Source of the DNA: Cyanophora paradoxa CCMP329
Lineage: Eukaryota; Plantae; Glaucophyta
NCBI GenBank assembly: GCA_004431415.1
Contig: QPMI01000535.1
Location: 310,001 to 374,000 of the forward strand
DNA length: 64,000 nucleotides
Reading direction: 5' to 3'
This document shows, in pieces, positions 57,232-64,000 of the stretch (positions are counted from its first letter, which is position 1; the number at the start of each line of letters is the position of its first letter). Under the pieces are notes generated by a model that was not told the DNA's origin, did not search any database, and worked only from the letters and a program-made list of their open reading frames with translations. A program made the translations under genes and the position numbers.

Positions 57232-57864
57232 ATGCCACGCGGAAAACCTATAAAGGGCTATCGGGAACGCAGGGTGCTTGCCGAGCCAAATGCTCCGCTG
57301 ATTGAGAGCGGTGCCACAGAGGGCGCAGCTGTCGCTGATCCTAGCGGGGAGCTCGCCAGCGACCCCCGACTAAATGCCCCTGTAGCGAAAACAATTGCGT
57401 CCGCAGCTGCTGGTGCCAGTGCAACCGATGACCGGCACGCCCAGGCTAAAACTGTAACTGAAATGCAGTCTGATATCGATGATGATGCTGCTAGAATTAT
57501 CCAAGCCATGGCCTCTGAACCACGCTATTCAGGGCCAAAAATAAGAACACCAGCTATAAGCAAAAGCCAGTTTGACGAGTTAGCTGCGAAATTGCGCGAT
57601 CTAGAAGCAAGATCCTCAAACATAGAGTCATACGTAAAGGAAAAGCAGGAAAGATCAAAAATTCGTGAGATGCTGCGCAGTGAGATGTTTAAGACAAGGG
57701 CGATGGATGCGCCAGATTTACGCTATTTGAAAATCGAAAAAGAAAAGGCTTCACAAGCTCTCGATGATGCCGCTGTAAAGCCCGCAACGCCTTATGTGTC
57801 TGAGCCCAATTCTACAAGCTCTCAATTGAAGGGAGCGATGGGTGGCCGGCGGATTCGACTGTAA
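57232..57864 (+). CDS. Conserved viral ORFan, ends MGGRRIRL
   Basis: Homolog of 9390..10061 in the same position. Confidence 0.75.
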   Translation: MPRGKPIKGYRERRVLAEPNAPLIESGATEGAAVADPSGELASDPRLNAPVAKTIASAAAGASATDDRHAQAKTVTEMQSDIDDDAARIIQAMASEPRYSGPKIRTPAISKSQFDELAAKLRDLEARSSNIESYVKEKQERSKIREMLRSEMFKTRAMDAPDLRYLKIEKEKASQALDDAAVKPATPYVSEPNSTSSQLKGAMGGRRIRL

Positions 57865-58120
57865 AGTCCGGCAGATCAGGCAGATCGACGAGGCTCTCCG
57901 CAAGCAAGTCTTGGCTTGCGCCCTCTTCAACTGTAGGACGTCGCTGATGCAAAGTCGCATCCTCTAATTGACAGACTTCGAAAGCGTGCTGCAGTTCACG
58001 CTTGTCGTATTCACGCAGATGCGGCCAAGACAGTAGCCATTCAGCATATTTCGGATCGCTTACAACTACCTTAAGGTGAGTCTCTCCTCGGTACTTTCCA
58101 AATCGAATTGTTCCTGGCAT
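57812..58120 (-). CDS. Small protein with FGKY(R/K)G motif (DUF3820 / exonuclease X C-terminal-like)
   Basis: IRFGKYRGE......DPKYAEWLL. Confidence 0.65.
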   Translation of the reverse strand: MPGTIRFGKYRGETHLKVVVSDPKYAEWLLSWPHLREYDKRELQHAFEVCQLEDATLHQRRPTVEEGASQDLLAESLVDLPDLPDFTVESAGHPSLPSIESL

Positions 58121-58225
58121 TCTTTGAATTATATCTCGGATTTATTTTCGGAATTTAACGCACCCCACTGCGATTGATGTCTTAAAATTATTTCGCTCAT
58201 CATATATAACGAGAGCCGCGCGCAA

Positions 58226-58501
58226 ATGGACACTGATTCATCACCTAAACGTCCCGGGCGGAAACCAATTGTCGTCACCCCTGAGATCGCCGCAGCTCGG
58301 AAGGCTAAGCGTGCCGAGAACCATCGCCGCAGATATAATGAGGATCCGGAGTACCGTCGGCGCCACATCGAAGCCAGTCTGAAATATCAACGCAATAATA
58401 CCGAGAATCATCTGCAGGCTAATCGCCGGTATCGCAATCGAATTTACGAAAAATTAGCTCTGCTCGAGTCCCTGCAAAACAGCGTAGTTATAGCGCTTTA
58501 A
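58226..58501 (+). CDS. Small basic putative DNA-binding protein
   Basis: KRPGRKP, RYNEDPEYR; homolog of 10827..11048. Confidence 0.7.
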   Translation: MDTDSSPKRPGRKPIVVTPEIAAARKAKRAENHRRRYNEDPEYRRRHIEASLKYQRNNTENHLQANRRYRNRIYEKLALLESLQNSVVIAL

Positions 58502-58553
58502 AGGACGGCAATAAGCCAAAGGAAAGGAGCCGTGGGCGGGCGGCCTTTCTTTT

Positions 58554-59741
58554 TCACGCTCGCGGTCGCAGCGTTCGCGTATTGCTAGGGGCTGAGTACG
58601 CTGCAGTTTTATTCTGGAACGACGAATACCACCTCTGCGTTGCGCCCCCGGGGTTCAGCTTCTCTTTGCCTGCAGTCAACAGTTGCTTCTGCACACGCTC
58701 AAGCTTGCGTGCCCTCTCGATATCGCTCTTGTCTAAATTCTCCTGCATCAGATTAATCTCTTTCTTCCTGCGCTGCTGCGCTCGCTGTGCTGCATTGCCC
58801 GCACGACGTTCCTCTGAATCTGCCGCTACTTTTAATAGTCGCTGGTAGGTCACAGCTTTGTCGTAGCCCGAAAGCGTAAATTTGAGCAGCGGCCCAAAGC
58901 CACCTATCTCCGTAATCGTATAGATTTCTTTAGAATACGTCGGCTTTGATGACTTGTCGAATCGCTGACGCTCTAGCTGCACACGCACTCGATCACCTAT
59001 CTTGAAGTCCGCTTGCGCAAAGTAATGCTGCTGCTCGTAAGCCTCTCGCTGATAATCGTTGCGAGCAATCGTCTCCTTTGGATTCTCGGCTGCTGCGTTC
59101 GGCGACGTACCGATTGACCTATGCTCTGATGAATTATAATTGCGCAAGAAAGCAGGCAGCTTATCGATATATCTGTCCGTGTCGTACGCATCCATGTACT
59201 TTGCAATGATGCGCTTAAGCGTACCATTAAATCTCTCTATTTTGCCGTTCGCTTGCGGGCGATGCGCCTCCACTGCATTATGCTTGATTCCCATACTCGC
59301 CAGCATTGCTGCTGCGGTTCCCTTAAACTCCTGATCGGTCTGAATGACGTCCGGCTTCGAGGGGAGCTCATCAATCAATTTCTTCAAACTCGCTAGCAGA
59401 GTGCTTTCCGATTTCGTCTTCATAGGAATGCTATACGCTTTACGCGTCGTCACATCAATACCGTTCATTATAAAAGTAATCCCTCGATTTGTTCTTGCAT
59501 ACGGGGTCACATCAATCAGATCAACTTCGTAGTACTTTTCGGGCTCCTCGTAAATAATGCTGGTGGACGGCTTTTCCTTCACGGGTTTCGCAAAACGCTG
59601 TGCCGTCGTTAATTTCGAAAGCACGTCCTGCACTTTTGATAGCGGTAAATTGAGCCGCTTAGCTATCCGCGCCGCAGACTGAAAGCCAGTTTCCGGATCG
59701 TAATAAGCTTGTTTAATTCGACTCGCCTGCTCGGTACTCAT
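58554..59741 (-). CDS. int: Retroviral-like (rve) DDE integrase
   Basis: YEVDLID, IQTDQEF, GKIERFNGT, YNSSEHRSIG. Confidence 0.93.
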   Translation of the reverse strand: MSTEQASRIKQAYYDPETGFQSAARIAKRLNLPLSKVQDVLSKLTTAQRFAKPVKEKPSTSIIYEEPEKYYEVDLIDVTPYARTNRGITFIMNGIDVTTRKAYSIPMKTKSESTLLASLKKLIDELPSKPDVIQTDQEFKGTAAAMLASMGIKHNAVEAHRPQANGKIERFNGTLKRIIAKYMDAYDTDRYIDKLPAFLRNYNSSEHRSIGTSPNAAAENPKETIARNDYQREAYEQQHYFAQADFKIGDRVRVQLERQRFDKSSKPTYSKEIYTITEIGGFGPLLKFTLSGYDKAVTYQRLLKVAADSEERRAGNAAQRAQQRRKKEINLMQENLDKSDIERARKLERVQKQLLTAGKEKLNPGGATQRWYSSFQNKTAAYSAPSNTRTLRPRA

Positions 59742-62700
59742 GGGGGACGCTACTATAGTACTCGTCCGAAATTATCTTGCGCTTTGTATACTGCGACTTG
59801 TTCAGCTGTCGAGCAAACGGAATTTGGATCATGGAACTAAAGCTGATTCCGCTCTCCCGTTGCCGCCCGTTCGGTTTATAAACACGGGCCAGCTTTGATT
59901 CGATTGTGCATTTGGGTTGGTACGCGGGATCCTCGAGCATGCACCTGTAAGCTTCCAGAGCGATCCTGCGGTCGAGGGCCCCTTCCTCGCCTCTGGTTCG
60001 TCTGGCAGCCAGTGCTCCTGGATCCACAATTGCGGAATCCCCTTTGCGCGTACATGCAGATCAAACTGCGCGTCGCTGTCCCGTACAAATAAACAAGTAT
60101 AAAGCTTCGGCCCAATAAAGTACGCTTCCACAATCCGCCCTTTAATGTCACAGTCAAGTTTCCCTAGTTCCTGCCTGCAAATGTCCGCATCTGTTGCTGT
60201 CGCTATATCATATGCTGGCTTCATATAACCCTTTGCCCGCAGCAGATCGGCGTATTTTCGATGGACAATCAAAGAGTCCGTATCAGTATAAAACGGCATT
60301 GCATCAATGTTCCAGTATGCGCCTATTTCAATTAGAAACCTGTCCATGATCTCCCGCGAATATGACAGAATAAATGCGCCAATAAAGCACGGTTTAGAGA
60401 CAGCTCTATCACGCTTGGACTCCTCAATCTCGTACGTGACAAACATCCGCGTGTCTGACTCGATCGAAATGTCTGTGATCTGCGCTGATCGCTGAATTTC
60501 TCGAAATCGCTTGTAAGATGTGACTAGATCCGAGGTGGTGATGACAGGCCGCTGGCAATATTTACCGTAAAGGCCATTCATGGAAATCTTTGACGTCGCG
60601 TACTGAGCTGTCCCCTTGCGAGATCTAGCTTTCTGGCAGTACATACGCTCCATGTAGGTCTTGAATATTTGATCTTTTCCATCAAACAGGTAGACCTCGT
60701 GCACCTTTGTCACCTCGCACCCCAGCTTAATTGCACGATTAATATCGACTGACGTATACCAGCCGCGCTCAATCGGCTTAAGATTAGACCAGCCTAGATT
60801 TGATTCATGCCGCGGCAGCGGAGAGAGCAGCAGATTTTGCGGAATTGTCACGTCCACGCACGCAATAAACATCAGCGAACGCTGACTCGATTGGACAAAT
60901 TTGCAGAATCTGTCCAGTGCATCGGGCGACGTAATATGCTTGTACTTACCAGTCGGAAACCAATTCTCGTACATTGCCGTCGGATACAAGCTTACGACAT
61001 CCAAGTCGACTAAATAATCATCCGGGCCCGATGAGACGAATTTGCGTTTAAACGGGAGACACCGCCCACCGTATATTGCCTGGCGCAGCACCTGATCATC
61101 CTTGTAGGTCGGCAGCGAAATTGGATTGATCAAAGTCTGCCGATGAATCTGGAACGCCATTGCCGACGCTGTGGTTGTTTGCGTCGTGTTCACGTTTAAG
61201 CCGTAGAGATCGAAAACTGCTGTTGAATATTTAATATAAAGCTCTGTCATTGCCTTGACGTCGTCTTCCACGTATGGCTCCCATTCAGATTTAAAGCGCT
61301 CAACGTCCTCCCACGTTTTAATCTTGCTATGATCAAAATCGCCCTTTACGTTAGTGCAGCCGTAGTCCTTGCAGGCCTGCTTGAGCGATGCCTGGATGTG
61401 CAGGCACGGATCAAATGTACTAATAGCCCCGCCGGCAGCCGTTCTCCAGGACATATTCTTGATCTTGCCATTTGACCGCAGAACATTTAATGCGGTCTCT
61501 GGTCGATTTAAAACGAGCCACTTGTAGATGAATATATAATCGAAACCAGATCCATTGTAGAACACCAGCGTCGTCTTCTCGCTGCGGCGCTCAAGCCAGC
61601 GCATAAATAAGTCCAGCGTTTGCTCACCGTAAATTAACTCGCACGAGGACACCCCTCCTTTCTCAATCATGCAGTAGCTGACAGCGTACGGACGTGCGTT
61701 TTACCGTCGGCAGCGAACGTTTCGAAATCCGCGCAGACAACGCTGTCCAATGCTGTTAATTCGGTCTCCGGTTTGCAGGGCTTGATCTGCCGCCCAATTA
61801 CGTTCTGCCGGCGCGTCATCTCCTGACACTCCGACGTGTGGTCACCTCTAGGGTCATACGCACGCTTGCAGCGATTGCAGAAGGAGCACTGTGCCACATG
61901 CGCCGCCAAATTAAACATCTTTCCGCAGCAAGGGCACCGCTCCAAACCTAGCGTCGCTTCCTTTTTTACCAGATAGCAATGCCCGTCGATGTTGCAGAGA
62001 ATTGCACGCTTCGAATAACCGAACTGGGTTCGAAAAAGCTCCTTGAATTTCGTGGCAGCCCACTCCGTCACGGTTGCATCAGTCGAATAAAATCGGCAGA
62101 TCGCTTCCACTGTGCCTCGATTAAGAGATATCATGCCCTTTCCCAGTCCAAGCCGCTCTCGAATAGATGCGTAGGGTGCCTTTGCCAGCTTTTCGATTAC
62201 TGTCTTCAGGCTCAGCCCGCGTGGATTTAATTTCACATACTCAAAGCATTCGAGCACGCAGTCATTCGCTGGGACATCGGGCAGTAAAGCTTGTCGACTG
62301 TTCTGTGATAAAAAGGCAGTTTCGGTACGTTGCCTAGGGCGCCAGCCGCGTTATCTGCGATCAGCACTTCAATTGATGTCACTGTCCAAAAATCGTCTTC
62401 CTGGTACGACATTTGAGCCGCCATCCACTGCGCAATGCGCTCATCCAGGCTCTCGGTCAAGGTCTGCAGTGCATTCTGTCTAATCTGAATCAGCTGCGTT
62501 GTGTACATGTGATTGTTGTCAAAGCGGAACCGAATTATCACAAAGCGCCCTATCATCTCCGCAACGCCCAGCTGTCCGAGGATGTCAATCGTTAAATTCT
62601 TGACCGACTCAGGATCAAAGTTGGGCTCAATCGCATATACATGCTTATCAAACAGCAAATTCGGATAGCGGTGATGCCTGTGAGAAAGCACACCATCTAG

Positions 62701-63036
62701 ATCTCGTGGCACGGGAATTTCTTCAACGTCTTGAAATATATTCGGGACGTCTTCTAGTATCGCGTCCTCGGCCTGAACGGCGTTTGCGCGAGCTGCTGCA
62801 ATTGCGCCGAAATGGCCTGCGAGCTGGCTTTCAAATAATCGGCGAGCTGGGCGAACTGTCCCTCGCAATCGCAGCAGTGTCGCAATATAGTTGCGAATCG
62901 TGCGGCCCCAGGTCCCGCCGCTAGCGTCCGCTAGGCGCATCAGTTTGTTTCGAAATGTCCCGTGAACATATCCACGATCGTAAAGCTCTGTCGCTAAGTT
63001 TCTAAGTTCGGTCTTAAGTGCTGCAGTGGTGGCCAT
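59713..63036 (-). CDS. polB: Protein-primed family B DNA polymerase, split into four ORFs by three single-base gaps (~62280, ~61690, ~59991)
   Basis: ExoI CADFET, ExoII FYNGSGFD, ExoIII YVEDDV; Pol DVVSLYP, KISMNGLYGK, YTDTDS, PKLY. Junctions restore CPDVPANDC, HVPYAVSYC and EGEEGALD. Confidence 0.9.
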
Positions 63037-63144
63037 TGCAATCGCTTTCAAGAAGAGGGACTGAAATTATTTTCGGAATTCAGCGCAACAATCTCTGACT
63101 GTCAGATAGACTGAGAGGAACCTTTAAGCCATAGCTCAGACGTT

Positions 63145-63582
63145 CGCGACTTAGGACAAAAGTTCACGTCGGCGTTCGCGACTTTGGACAAAAGTTCACG
63201 TCCAAAATCCTCAAGCATGCAGGCGCACCCCCACGCATGTCTCCCGCAATCTAGCCGCTAATATAGCCTCAATTACACTATAAGAGACGACTAGGACAGT
63301 TGTTAGCCAATTCGGGCGGCGTTCTGAAGTTCGTGACTTTGGACAAAAGTTCACGTCCAAAATCCCCAAGCATGCAGGCGCATCCCCACGCATGCGTGGC
63401 ATGATCAAAGCGCTAGTATAGCCTCAATTACACCACAGGAGACTACTAGACTACTTGCTAGCCGATTCGGGCGCCGTTCTGAAGTTCGTGACTTTGGACA
63501 AAAGTTCACGTCCAAGGTCGCCTAGTGACTTTGGACAAAAGTTCACGTCCAAGGTCGCCTAGTGACTTTGGACAAAAGTTCA
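63145..63582. repeat. Six copies of GACTTTGGACAAAAGTTCACGTCCAA within a ~155-bp duplication and 37-bp tandem units
   Basis: Copies near 63148, 63180, 63335, 63490, 63527 and 63564; internal TTGGAC/GTCCAA dyad. Confidence 0.85.
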
Positions 63583-63592
63583 AGAGCAATCT

Positions 63593-63975
63593 CTAGGCCT
63601 TATCGATCTGGCTATCCTTATCACTGTCAGGCTTGATGATCTTCGAGATCTCTCCGCGAATGCGGCGTGCAAGTTGAATGTCCTTCGGCATGATAGTGAC
63701 GCTGCAACGGAAAACGATCAGAGGATTGCAGGATATGACAAAAAGCAAGTTGGCTCACCGTTTAGCATGAATCGCGCACAGGTTAGCATCTTCGAACACT
63801 CCCACCAGATAAGCCTCGGCGGCAGTCTGGATCGCCAGCATGGCGTGCGACTGGAAGCGCAAGAGGGGATTAATGTCCTGAGTGATCTCGCGAACGAGTC
63901 GCTGGAATGGCAGCTTGCGAATCAGGAGATCCGTGGTCTTCTGGTACTTGCGGATCTCGCGCAACGCCACAGTGC
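63593..63975 (-). CDS. H3: Divergent histone H3 (H3.3-like), last two exons 63975-63759 and 63701-63593; 5' part outside window
   Basis: [72 protein letters not shown]|[35 protein letters not shown]. 57-nt GTGAG...TTGCAG intron; another TGCAG acceptor at 63976. Confidence 0.93.
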
Positions 63976-64000
63976 CTGCAATCGTGATAATTAGATGAAA

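Larger units (their letters stand above)
43103..64000. mobile_element. Endogenous Polinton/Maverick-like virus, element 2 (right end not seen)
   Basis: Abrupt change from host intron to TGTTGTAAAG...; contains fibre, patatin, 2 pentons, MCP, ATPase, integrase and pPolB. Confidence 0.9.

Noticed and set aside
63593-63975. Centromeric CenH3
   Set aside because: Canonical loop-1 length and retained PFQR and LRFQ residues; more like a derived H3.3.
43103-64000. Bacterial prophage or contaminant (fibre, S74, patatin)
   Set aside because: DJR MCP, A32 ATPase, rve integrase and pPolB are Polinton-like; no terminase or portal; joined to spliced eukaryotic genes.

Overview
Eukaryotic genomic DNA: the host is very GC-rich with many tiny exons and GT-AG introns, consistent with a protist or alga. 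The window carries two related integrated Polinton/Maverick-like viruses. Element 1 (<1 to ~20966, left end outside the window) and element 2 (43103 to >64000) share a syntenic capsid block (two divergently transcribed penton-like proteins, double-jelly-roll MCP, A32 ATPase, conserved ORFans) and an rve integrase. Their replication modules are non-orthologous. Element 1 has a prim-pol/D5 helicase followed by an iteron palindrome, plus an apparently exonuclease-dead Polinton-type pPolB. Element 2 has a classical pPolB. Element 2 starts with TGTTG inside an intron of a host calmodulin-like gene and appears to carry an intron-containing, divergent histone H3. Between the elements lie a non-coding array of origin-like palindromes (two are copies of the element-1 origin), an 8-kb Helitron2/Helentron-like tandem array inserted into one of them, a microexon-rich host gene, a second Helitron-like copy and a MITE. 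At least eight viral ORF breaks are single missing G/C bases in short runs, most likely sequencing errors. All calls come from reading motifs by eye; no searches were run.
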